Assembly (NCBI GenBank): GCA_965263295.1
Contig: OZ253665.1
Location: forward strand, 1,568,001-1,632,000
Source: Spirochaetia bacterium
Lineage (GTDB): Bacteria > Spirochaetota > Spirochaetia > SP-2023
DNA: 64,000 nt
Direction of reading: 5' to 3'
Part shown: piece after piece, positions 1-9,052 of the stretch
How positions within the stretch are numbered: position 1 is the stretch's first letter
How the letters are laid out: every line of letters begins with the position of its first letter
Translations under genes and position numbers: made by a program
Notes under the pieces: model-generated
What the model was told of the DNA's origin: nothing
Database searches by the model: none
The model's input: only the letters and a program-made list of their open reading frames with translations

Positions 1-1973
1 GGCAACGCGTTCTGCGCGAAAACCCCAACAGCAGCAGCGCCTATTTTGGCATCGCCCGCAACTACATGCATCTGAATCGCTACAAAGAAGCCCTAAGATT
101 TATCGAAAAGGCCCATCTGCTCCGCAACCAGGATTATCAGATCGGTATCCTAAAAAGCCGTATCTTAATGGGCCTGAAGCGCTATGGCGAGGCGAGAGAA
201 CTATTGCTCAAGCTTAAAGAAGGCAATACGAGTTATCAGATTGATATGGTTTTGGCCGAAGTTTTTGCCATACTGGGAGACATAGAATCCAGCATACATT
301 ATTTAGATTCAATCAAAGAGTTTGCAAGAAATGACTTAAACTTTCATTTAATCTCGCTGATGGTCTATGAAGAAGCGGAAAAAATCGATATTGCCAACAA
401 CTATTTGCAACAGGTACTGGAATCGCATTATAATGAAGCCGTGGTACACAAAGTCGCCGCAGGATATTACTTGCGACACGGCCGTTACAACGAAGTGCTG
501 GAGCAAATTGATATCATCAAGCGTTTAGACATTGATACCGAGGAACTGCGGCTGCTGGGCCTGGAGGCCGCCTATCTCAAAGGAGACTACCAGCTGGCCA
601 TAAACCTGGCCGAAACCTTGGTGACACTCTATCCCCAAAACGCGCAAGCCTGGTATATTATGGGCTTAGCCTACAGCGGCACCAACCGGATGAATGCGGC
701 CATAAAATCCCTAAATACAGCACGACGCATCAACCCCGACGACGAACTGGTCAAAATTGTGATTGCCGAAATGTTGCGAACCCTTTATCCATATCCTTCT
801 GAATGGCACACTCAAGAGGCAGCCCGTTATATCGCCAGCGCCAAGGCCAAACGTAAAAACCTGCTCTACGACGAAGCCTTGCAAGATTACCGTTTTGCTT
901 TGCAAATTGACCCTTTGAACAAAGAAAACTGGATGGCTTTTGCCAATGTCTTTCGCGATCGCGGCAATTACGCCAAGTACCTGGATAAGCTCTATGCCTG
1001 GAAAAGATTTGGAGTCTCTGCCAACCCAAAAGGACAAAACCGAGATATACAACGAGATATGCAAAAGGGCTCGGACGCAATAGAGCGACAAAGCTTAGAG
1101 CCCGAACTAGACCAGCTAATCAGAATTTACGAAGCTTCACAGCTGCAAGGCGTGGCTGCCAACTGGGATATCGACCAATATAACTACAGTAATAATTACT
1201 ACCCTCTACAAGTCTTTGTCATCAATGGCAACCACTTTGCTTATAATGTAGCCACCCGCGAATTAGGCTCTTACTTCGTCAATATTTTACAGTGGTACCC
1301 AAAGCCCTATGTGCTAGGAGATGTCCAGCTGGTGGATGACAGTTTGCAAGCCCAACAAGCGGCATACAAGAACCGCAACAGCGACTACTACATCATCCTT
1401 GACTTTACCCGACAGAGAGACGGCTTCCATTCCGAAGTGCGCTTGTATTTGAGTTCCACAGGTCGGCAAATAGCTGCCTATAATGTAGAAAAAGTCTCTA
1501 AAGGCAATATTTATAACTCTTTTGCCTATTTAGCACGCCAACTACAAGCCATTTTTCCCCAAAAGACCCGCATTATTGAGACTAAAGTCAACCAAGCTGT
1601 AATTAGTCAGGGCCGTTTGGACGGAGTACAAGAGGGCCAGAAATGGGTAATTCTGCCTGAGTCCGCTTTGAGCGCAAGCGTTGAGAAGCCTTTCGGCGAG
1701 TATGAGGAAAACCAAGTAATCGGAACTTTCACCGTAGAGGCTACCGATGAAAAGCTTAGCGAAGGGCAAGTACAGCTGCGCTCCTTTGTCAACCCAGCCA
1801 AACCAGACGATATTGCACTGCGATTGCCAATTGACCCAAGCGCCAATTCCCAGCCCGAAGCGGAAGACGAAGCTGCGACCCCCAAAGAGGAGCCATTGCC
1901 AAACCAGCCTAAAAACAGGCTGCTGCAAGAGCCCAACTTGGATCTGCAAGATCGTCTCTTTGAATTATTTTAA
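1..1973 (+). CDS. Tetratricopeptide-repeat protein, 5'-truncated by the window edge
   Basis: Frame is open upstream of ATG 66 back to position 3. Several TPR-like helices (e.g. AQAWYIMGLAYSGTNRMNAAIKSLNTARRINP); C-terminal beta-rich region and acidic/Pro tail. Confidence 0.8.
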   Translation, partial: QRVLRENPNSSSAYFGIARNYMHLNRYKEALRFIEKAHLLRNQDYQIGILKSRILMGLKRYGEARELLLKLKEGNTSYQIDMVLAEVFAILGDIESSIHYLDSIKEFARNDLNFHLISLMVYEEAEKIDIANNYLQQVLESHYNEAVVHKVAAGYYLRHGRYNEVLEQIDIIKRLDIDTEELRLLGLEAAYLKGDYQLAINLAETLVTLYPQNAQAWYIMGLAYSGTNRMNAAIKSLNTARRINPDDELVKIVIAEMLRTLYPYPSEWHTQEAARYIASAKAKRKNLLYDEALQDYRFALQIDPLNKENWMAFANVFRDRGNYAKYLDKLYAWKRFGVSANPKGQNRDIQRDMQKGSDAIERQSLEPELDQLIRIYEASQLQGVAANWDIDQYNYSNNYYPLQVFVINGNHFAYNVATRELGSYFVNILQWYPKPYVLGDVQLVDDSLQAQQAAYKNRNSDYYIILDFTRQRDGFHSEVRLYLSSTGRQIAAYNVEKVSKGNIYNSFAYLARQLQAIFPQKTRIIETKVNQAVISQGRLDGVQEGQKWVILPESALSASVEKPFGEYEENQVIGTFTVEATDEKLSEGQVQLRSFVNPAKPDDIALRLPIDPSANSQPEAEDEAATPKEEPLPNQPKNRLLQEPNLDLQDRLFELF

Positions 1974-1996
1974 GGATTATTAAACAAATATCCTTG

Positions 1997-3043
1997 TTAG
2001 TAGCTGCAAAACTGTTGCAAAAAGTCTAGATTACCGCTGTGCAAGTAACGAACATCATTAATGCGGTAACGCATCATTACCAGGCGATCAAGCCCCAGAC
2101 CAAAAGCAAAACCGCGGTAACGTTTATTATCGATACCGCCATATTCCAGTACCTTGGGGTGTACCATGCCACAAGGCATTAACTCTAGCCAGCCCGTGCG
2201 CTTACAAACGGGACAACCGTCTCCCCCGCAAACTAGACAAGCTATGTCCAACTCAAAACCCGGCTCCACGAACGGGAAATAACCCGGACGTAAGCGAATC
2301 CGTACCGACTGTTGAAAGATTTCACCTAATAATTGCTTCATAAAGTAAATTAGATGGGCAACCGCCAATCCTTCGGCGACCATCATGCCTTCCATCTGAT
2401 GGAATACAGCCTCATGCGAAGCATCGGTAGCCTCACAGCGGAAAGCTTTACCCGGCGCCACAAAACGAAAGGGGAGCTGGCTCTGAACCTCCATGCCGCG
2501 TACCTGGATACTTGATGTATGAGTGCGCAACAGATGCTGCATGTCACGAAACCAAAAAGTATCTTGCATCTCACGTGCCGGATGGTCTTGAGGGATATTC
2601 AAGGCCTCAAAATTGTGGTAGTCATCTTCAATATGCGGACCGTCCAAGATCAAAAATCCCATCGACAGGAAAATATCCTCTAGCTCTTGCTGCACAATGC
2701 TGACGGGATGCAGGCCGCCTCTGAACTGCTTGTCTTCCCAGTAATCTTCGCTTAGGCTAAAGTCAAACCATTCTTTGTTGAGTTTCTGCTTCAACTGTAC
2801 TTGGTCAAGCTCTGTTTGTTTGTCCTTGAGTAACTTTTCAAACAATTCCTTTAGCTGATTACTCTGCCGGCCCAGTTGCTTTCTCTCTTCAATACTCAAT
2901 TCCTTGAGGTTCTGAGTCAGAGCGCGCAAGCTGCCCTTCTTGCCCAGGTAAGCAGCCTTCAATCCAGACAGGGCTGCCGAAGTCTGAACTTCGTTCAGTT
3001 CTCGGCGGAACTGGTCTTGTAATTGCGTAATATCAATATCCAC
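1997..3043 (-). CDS. pheS: Phenylalanyl-tRNA synthetase alpha subunit (bacterial type)
   Basis: Motifs YLGKKG, HPAREMQDTF, LLRTHTS, YFPFVEP, GFAFGLGLDRL; GTG start; 348 aa. Confidence 0.97.
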   Translation of the reverse strand: MDIDITQLQDQFRRELNEVQTSAALSGLKAAYLGKKGSLRALTQNLKELSIEERKQLGRQSNQLKELFEKLLKDKQTELDQVQLKQKLNKEWFDFSLSEDYWEDKQFRGGLHPVSIVQQELEDIFLSMGFLILDGPHIEDDYHNFEALNIPQDHPAREMQDTFWFRDMQHLLRTHTSSIQVRGMEVQSQLPFRFVAPGKAFRCEATDASHEAVFHQMEGMMVAEGLAVAHLIYFMKQLLGEIFQQSVRIRLRPGYFPFVEPGFELDIACLVCGGDGCPVCKRTGWLELMPCGMVHPKVLEYGGIDNKRYRGFAFGLGLDRLVMMRYRINDVRYLHSGNLDFLQQFCSY

Positions 3044-3193
3044 GGCGACACTCTGTCTTGTCGAATTTTAGTTTGCTCATCCTACTGGCTTTGCCCCATT
3101 TTGCCCAGCGGCCTTTCTGGGCATCGCGGTTAAGTTTTAAGTGCATTGGCCTTACTCCTTCTCACGGCACTCTTTCTCACTGGCGGCCCCACT

Positions 3194-4558
3194 CTAGGCT
3201 AGAGCCGCAGCCGCCATTGCCTGGCCGTGCAGAATCCGTTCATCGCCAAGAGTGAACAGCTGTAAATTGAGCTGAGGGAAATCATCCTCCAGAACCTTTT
3301 CGGCTGCAGCGATGATTGACTTGCCTCCTTCTCCTTTGAGCACCCGACCTAACAACAGCACATTTTCCATCCCATAGAAGCGGTGATACCATGGCAAGGC
3401 GTAGCCCAGATAAACACCGATTGTGCGATAGATATCGGCGGCTCCAGCGTGCCCTTCTTTCAATTTTTCCTGCACCAGAGCCAATTTCGCAGGCTTGGGC
3501 AGTGCCGGAGGCAGCTCAATCCCCGCCTTGGGCGCCAAACGAATCACGGCCTGCTGCGAAAAATATTCGGCGCCCACCCCCCAATCTTTCGACCATTCGT
3601 CTTGAGCGCGCTGTGGCCCCATGTCGACGGGCACAAAAGCCAATTCACTAAACCACGAGTTGATGGCTCCCCGCTCATTGGCGTAACCAGCTGCCTGGCT
3701 GGTGCCCATTGCGATCCCCAGCAGCTTGTTCTTGTTTAAAATCATCGCCCCAGCTAAGGCCGTCACATCCCCATCATTGGCCAAACGAAAGGGAATATTG
3801 CCAAAGACTTGCCAAACCATCTCACGAAACATAGCGCGCGACTCGGCGCGCTGCGATTCATTATTCAGGCCACGGAACAGAGAGCTAACTTTTACTTCGT
3901 CATCCATAATAATGCCAGGCGCACTGCCCCCGACGGCCTCGATGCCGCCGGTTAACTTGCTGGCTCCCAATTCCAGCAATTCTCGCATTTCACGTCGATG
4001 CCAGGCCAAGTCTGTCTGCGGATATGGGTCCCAAATGATTGAGTCGGCAAACACCACATTGTTTTGCGCAATCGCGGCAATTTTTTTGTCCGACCCACCC
4101 ACGTCAAACCCCAGGCGCCGGCCGCCAGATTTGCCACCGACACTCGCTGCTTCGCTACAGGGCGCGGGCATATCTTTGAGCGCACAATGACAAAATTCCA
4201 ATTTTCGCTCAAAAATTCCTTCAACGATAAATTCCGCATCAAATTTCTGTTGGCCTTGGCCGCTAAACAGAGCCTGTAACTTGCGCGTGAGCTCCAGCGG
4301 TAAGTTGCTGTAAAACCGGTAGCCGCCATAAAGCCATAACATGCTTTTGACAAAACGATTGAGGTAAAGCATGGTCCGTTCTTGCAATAGTGGGGCAAGT
4401 GAAATCTGGAACTCTTGACGGGCTACCTGACGAGGATTTTTGACGAGGCTTAAGACGCAGTTCATCATTAGACCTGCCTCCTGAGCCGCAGCCTGATACT
4501 GGCGCTCAAACTCAATCATCGGTAAGTAATTGGGATCCAGAATAGGGCGATGTTGCAT
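3194..4558 (-). CDS. ROK-family sugar kinase-like protein with N-terminal extension
   Basis: LGFDVGGSDKK phosphate loop; ANDGDVTALAG; GIAMGTS; ELAFVPVD. Confidence 0.8.
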   Translation of the reverse strand: MQHRPILDPNYLPMIEFERQYQAAAQEAGLMMNCVLSLVKNPRQVARQEFQISLAPLLQERTMLYLNRFVKSMLWLYGGYRFYSNLPLELTRKLQALFSGQGQQKFDAEFIVEGIFERKLEFCHCALKDMPAPCSEAASVGGKSGGRRLGFDVGGSDKKIAAIAQNNVVFADSIIWDPYPQTDLAWHRREMRELLELGASKLTGGIEAVGGSAPGIIMDDEVKVSSLFRGLNNESQRAESRAMFREMVWQVFGNIPFRLANDGDVTALAGAMILNKNKLLGIAMGTSQAAGYANERGAINSWFSELAFVPVDMGPQRAQDEWSKDWGVGAEYFSQQAVIRLAPKAGIELPPALPKPAKLALVQEKLKEGHAGAADIYRTIGVYLGYALPWYHRFYGMENVLLLGRVLKGEGGKSIIAAAEKVLEDDFPQLNLQLFTLGDERILHGQAMAAAALA

Positions 4559-4776
4559 GAAATTACTCCTTAGCCAAATATATAATAATCGTGTATTCCT
4601 TGTAATCGGGCAGCGAAATCGCCGCCCCGCATTATAGGATAAAATGCCCGATTCGTATCAAGGCACAGACATCGGCCCGACACAGAAAATATATAAATCT
4701 ATTCAAAATAAATAAATACAATCTGATTATAGACAAAGGATAATTTTATTCCTTTCTGCCTGAAACCTAAAAATTC

Positions 4777-5829
4777 TTACGAATATAGCGCTGGATCGGC
4801 GTGGTTTTCTAGTTTCTGCTGCAGGGGCCCCGGTTGGAGCAGGCAACGCAGTTCACCCAACGGCTGCACATAGCTGATTTCCTGACTGTGGACGTTGTGC
4901 CCCACTTTTTCTTGCCGCTGCCGTTCCGTCGCCCGCTCCATCTCATAAATATTGTTAAACGGATACAAGTACAGTACGGGCAAACCCCTGTCGGAAGCCG
5001 CAAGTTCCTCAAAAGCTTGGAAATTTTCCAACTCATGAATTTCATTTTCACTCACGGCTTCTCCGGTCATGAGCTCCAACTGCATAGCCACTGCACGCAG
5101 ATTACCCAATAGAAAAGCTATTTTACCTTGAGAGACAAAGGCTTCCACACGATGGCGTAAAACATTGCTAAAACGCATATTGGCACGTTTTTTGCGCGTG
5201 CTATCAGCTATTGGATACAACGGTGGTTTCAGCATTCCGCCGGGCAGATAATGCGCAATGCAAATTAATTCCAGATTATTCAGGCAATCCAGCACGCGTC
5301 CCTGCAGGCCCAGATACTGCCAGGACAACGACAGATAACTGTGGTAAATCACTTTGCCCTGGACATCCTCAATGCTCAACAGACTTTTGCGGCGAGTGTT
5401 CTGCCCCGGATGGACATCTCCGGGATAAGCTTTGTACTCGTGCCTCTCTGGTGTCGGCAGCTGCTGACTGCGCAATAACTTATACTCATCACTGCGCTTT
5501 TTAGTCTTCTGGTCCACCTTGCTGCTGGCCGTCAGGCCTAAAATTGGCACCCCACCTCCCATTATAATAGGGGGTACAGGAGGAACTGGCTTGCCTAGGG
5601 TAATACGCGGGGGCAGGTGTTTGTACTTACGCGGTATCAATAGTTCTGCTGGCAGATCCAGGGATGTACGCGAAACCACTGTCAGAGGAACGGTAATCTT
5701 CCAATTTCCCCCTCCAGGCCGCGAATGCCCTTCCCAGGTATAGACCAGAAACTTCTCGGAATCCGTAGTAGGCCCAGTATAGACTTGGCTTTGGCGGACA
5801 ATACATTCGGTTTCAGTTGGCAGCGGCAT
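4777..5829 (-). CDS. Hypothetical protein (350 aa)
   Basis: Long ORF with ATG preceded by GGGAG on the minus strand; co-oriented with neighbours; no family recognised. Confidence 0.7.
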   Translation of the reverse strand: MPLPTETECIVRQSQVYTGPTTDSEKFLVYTWEGHSRPGGGNWKITVPLTVVSRTSLDLPAELLIPRKYKHLPPRITLGKPVPPVPPIIMGGGVPILGLTASSKVDQKTKKRSDEYKLLRSQQLPTPERHEYKAYPGDVHPGQNTRRKSLLSIEDVQGKVIYHSYLSLSWQYLGLQGRVLDCLNNLELICIAHYLPGGMLKPPLYPIADSTRKKRANMRFSNVLRHRVEAFVSQGKIAFLLGNLRAVAMQLELMTGEAVSENEIHELENFQAFEELAASDRGLPVLYLYPFNNIYEMERATERQRQEKVGHNVHSQEISYVQPLGELRCLLQPGPLQQKLENHADPALYS

Positions 5830-5901
5830 CCAAAAACTCCCTATCGCTGATCTGGGCAGAAGGGTCCTCTAACTAGCGCTTCTGCCACTTTGCCAGCCGC
5901 A

Positions 5902-7476
5902 TTAAGATGAGGGGCCCCTCTTAGAAGATAAACTCGGCGAATCAGCCAAGCCTGAAGTCTCTCGCAATTTCTCAATTTGCTTCTCAGCTCGCTTCTCAAT
6001 CTGCTTGCAATCGACAGGCGAGACTTGGCTAAGCGTCCCTGTTCCCGCAACCGTCGACTCCAGCCAGGGAGTCGACAAGTTCTTAGTAGTATCGGCACCT
6101 AGGTCTTGTAACTTTTGTACTTGCCGCAACAAAGACTGACGGCCTCCAGCGAGCTGCTGTATCGCCTGCTCGACAGTCTTGTGCAAGCTGGCAACCTGCT
6201 GTTCAACTTTACTCATGTTGCCACAAAACACAGCCAGCTTGTCAAATATCTTCCCCGCCTGGGCAAAGACCGCAGCCACATTGCGGCGCTGCTTCTCATA
6301 GCGCCACAACTGTTCGACGATACGCAGCACCACAAACAACAAGGTAGGACTGACGAGCACGATGTGACGGCGGAAACCTTCTTCAAATAGAGCATGATCA
6401 AAACGTAGGGCCTCCGCCAGAGCCCCCTCAATTGGGAAGAACAACAATACAAAATCCGGGCTGCGCTGCATCCCCAGCAGTTTCTGGTATTCTTTCGCCG
6501 CAAGCTCTTTAATGTGACGATTCAGCGACTCGCTGTGCCTTTTCAACTGTTTCTGCCGTTCGGCCTCATCGTTTGCCGCCCCAAAAGCTTCGTAGGCTTT
6601 CAGCGAAACCTTGGAGTCAATGATGATATAACGCTGACCCGGGAACTGGACGACCGCATCTGGACGAAAAACCTGCCCATCGGCACCAACAAAACTCTTT
6701 TGAAGTTGGTATTCAACACCCTCGCGCAAGCCAGACTGTTCCAGAGTGCGGGCCAGGATCATCTCGCCCCAGGCTCCTTGGCGTTTCTGATCACCTTTTA
6801 ACGCCTCCGCCAGGTTCAAAGCGTCATCATTCAAGCGGCGTGTGTCTTCCTGCAAATTTTTTAAGTACTGCTCCAGCTGCGCCGTACTTTTAATACCGTC
6901 ATTATGCTGCTGCTCCAGTTTCTGCTGAAAATATTGCAACTGTTGCTGTAGTGGCTGTATATTTTGCAGAATATATTGCGATTGCTCCCGCTGCTGCTTG
7001 TGGCTAAATTCTTCCCAGTTCAACTTACTCTGTTCCAGGAGCTGATTCTGCAGCCCGCTTTGCTGCTCAAGAATCGTTTCCAAGCGTACTTTCTCGGCTT
7101 GCAGGCTGAGGTGCGCACTCTCCAGCTCCTCTATACGATTTTGATACCGCACAATCTGTACTCGATAATACTTTTCCTGCTCGCTGCGCTGCAGCTCGCT
7201 CTGACGCTCAAATTGGCGCTCGCGTTCGGCCCAGCGGACCTCCCATTCCTTCTCGCGCCGCTCATATCCCCGGTCTGCCGCAGCAGAGAGCCCGGATTCG
7301 GCAGCGCCACCCTCTCGCTCTGTGCGGCGCTGCCGGCGCATGGCGACAAATAAACGCACAAACATAAGTAAGCAGCCCAGTCCCAAAAGGATAAGCAGCA
7401 AGGCGACGATTGGTTGATTTGCGTCCAAGTAATTAATCCCCAAATTGATCGAATTGACTGAGTGGCGATAAAGCAT
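5902..7476 (-). CDS. rmuC: DNA recombination protein RmuC
   Basis: N-terminal TM helix and coiled coil; QGAWGEMIL, RPDAVVQFP, IIDSKVSL, PDFVLLF, VSPTLL. Start uncertain: ORF open to 7644, ATG 7476 chosen. Confidence 0.92.
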   Translation of the reverse strand: MLYRHSVNSINLGINYLDANQPIVALLLILLGLGCLLMFVRLFVAMRRQRRTEREGGAAESGLSAAADRGYERREKEWEVRWAERERQFERQSELQRSEQEKYYRVQIVRYQNRIEELESAHLSLQAEKVRLETILEQQSGLQNQLLEQSKLNWEEFSHKQQREQSQYILQNIQPLQQQLQYFQQKLEQQHNDGIKSTAQLEQYLKNLQEDTRRLNDDALNLAEALKGDQKRQGAWGEMILARTLEQSGLREGVEYQLQKSFVGADGQVFRPDAVVQFPGQRYIIIDSKVSLKAYEAFGAANDEAERQKQLKRHSESLNRHIKELAAKEYQKLLGMQRSPDFVLLFFPIEGALAEALRFDHALFEEGFRRHIVLVSPTLLFVVLRIVEQLWRYEKQRRNVAAVFAQAGKIFDKLAVFCGNMSKVEQQVASLHKTVEQAIQQLAGGRQSLLRQVQKLQDLGADTTKNLSTPWLESTVAGTGTLSQVSPVDCKQIEKRAEKQIEKLRETSGLADSPSLSSKRGPSS

Positions 7477-7757
7477 TGAACTCAAGAACGGGCTCAAGCC
7501 CTCGCGAGTAACAGATTTTTCGCAAACGCACACTTTGCAGATTTTCCTATTCTTTAAAAGGTCTACCGTAATTTTTTTTATATCTGTTTCCAATTTTAAT
7601 ATTTTATGCTGCTTATTTAAGCGAAAACGATTCCCACACGACAAACGAGAAACTTGGCAAGATTGCCAACATTCCTTAAAATACCGTCAAGTTTCCGCGA
7701 AATGAAAATTAACAGTAAATGTTTAATATTTCTTTATAAAGCAAAGAAGGGCAAAAA

Positions 7758-8945
7758 ATGATCAGTCCGTTTTCTTACCACAATCCCACTAAAGTTCATT
7801 TTGGCCAAGGTAGCATTGCCAAAATGCTGGATGATTTACCCCAAGGCAGCAAAGTTTTACTACTGTATGGCGGTGGCTCAATCAAAAAAAATGGCGTGTA
7901 CGAACAAGTTGTAGCCGTACTGCAAGAGGCCGAGGCCCAAAAGGGTATTCACTGGGGTGAATTCAGCGGTATTGAAGTCAACCCGCGCTATGAGACACTG
8001 ATTAAAGCAGTGGAAAAAGCCGAGCAAGAAGGCTACGATTTTTTACTGCCCGTCGGCGGCGGTTCGGTGATAGATGGCGGCAAATTTATCGCCGCCGCCC
8101 TACCTTATCGCGACGGAGATAAATCAATTGACCCGTGGGAAATCTGGGATCAGCGCCGGCCCATTCAGACGGCGATGCCCCTGGGCTGCGTTCTGACCTT
8201 GCCCGCCACGGGCACAGAGACAAATGGCAATACGGTGGTGACGCGAGGCAAGAGCAAGTTCGGCTACGGCTCGCCACTGCTGCGACCACGCTTTGCCGTA
8301 CTGGACCCCGAAACAACGCTCAGCCTTTCGCCGCGGCAGATATCGAACGGCGTGGTGGATGGCTACGCCCATGTGCTGGAGCAGTACTTGACCTACCCGG
8401 TAAATGCCCAGATCCAGGACCGCTTTGCCGAAGCCATTCTCGGCACCTTGGTGGAAGAAGGCCCTAAAGCGTTGGCCCAACCCAAAGACCTGAGCGTGCG
8501 GAGCAATATAATGTGGGCCGCAACTCAAGCCCTTAGCGGCCTGATCGGGCTCGGTGTCCCGCAAGATTGGCTCACCCATGCTATCGGCCACGAACTCACG
8601 GCCCTCTATGGCATCGACCACGGCCGCAGCCTGAGTATTATCTTCCCTGCAGTCATGAAGTTCTGCCGCGAAGATAAAAAAGAGAAGTTATTGCAATATG
8701 GTAAACGCGTCTTTGGCATTGCCAGCGGCAGTGAAGTAGAGCGCGTCGATGCCGCTATTCAAGCTACAATTGATTTTTTCCGCCGCATAAACAGCCCGGT
8801 CTGCTTGCGTGACGAAGGCTTAAATGAAGCCCATATCGATGAAATAATGTCCAACACGATCATTCCACGCAACTATAGCCAAATGGGCGAGCAGGGGAAC
8901 ATAGGGGTCGAAGAAATCCGGCAGATTTTAAAATTAGCTGTCTAA
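7758..8945 (+). CDS. yqhD: Iron-containing NADPH-dependent alcohol/aldehyde dehydrogenase (YqhD/BdhA family)
   Basis: NPTKVHFG, YGGGSIKKNG, VGGGSVID, TLPATGTE, QDWLTHAIGHELT, IDHG. Confidence 0.9.
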   Translation: MISPFSYHNPTKVHFGQGSIAKMLDDLPQGSKVLLLYGGGSIKKNGVYEQVVAVLQEAEAQKGIHWGEFSGIEVNPRYETLIKAVEKAEQEGYDFLLPVGGGSVIDGGKFIAAALPYRDGDKSIDPWEIWDQRRPIQTAMPLGCVLTLPATGTETNGNTVVTRGKSKFGYGSPLLRPRFAVLDPETTLSLSPRQISNGVVDGYAHVLEQYLTYPVNAQIQDRFAEAILGTLVEEGPKALAQPKDLSVRSNIMWAATQALSGLIGLGVPQDWLTHAIGHELTALYGIDHGRSLSIIFPAVMKFCREDKKEKLLQYGKRVFGIASGSEVERVDAAIQATIDFFRRINSPVCLRDEGLNEAHIDEIMSNTIIPRNYSQMGEQGNIGVEEIRQILKLAV

Positions 8946-9052
8946 TGATATATAAAATGCATGGCCCCGAAGTGGGCCGCGAGTTGTGCAAGTGGCTCTG
9001 GGCCCCAGCTGCCGGGAATGCCAAGGGCGGGCAACCACAGTTTAGAAACTAT

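Noticed and set aside
3044..3193. T-box leader before pheS (argS and valS leaders also checked)
   Set aside because: No T-box consensus or terminator/antiterminator was visible.
7654..7669. TGGCA...TTGC as a sigma54 promoter
   Set aside because: The GG-to-GC spacing is too short for the -24/-12 consensus.
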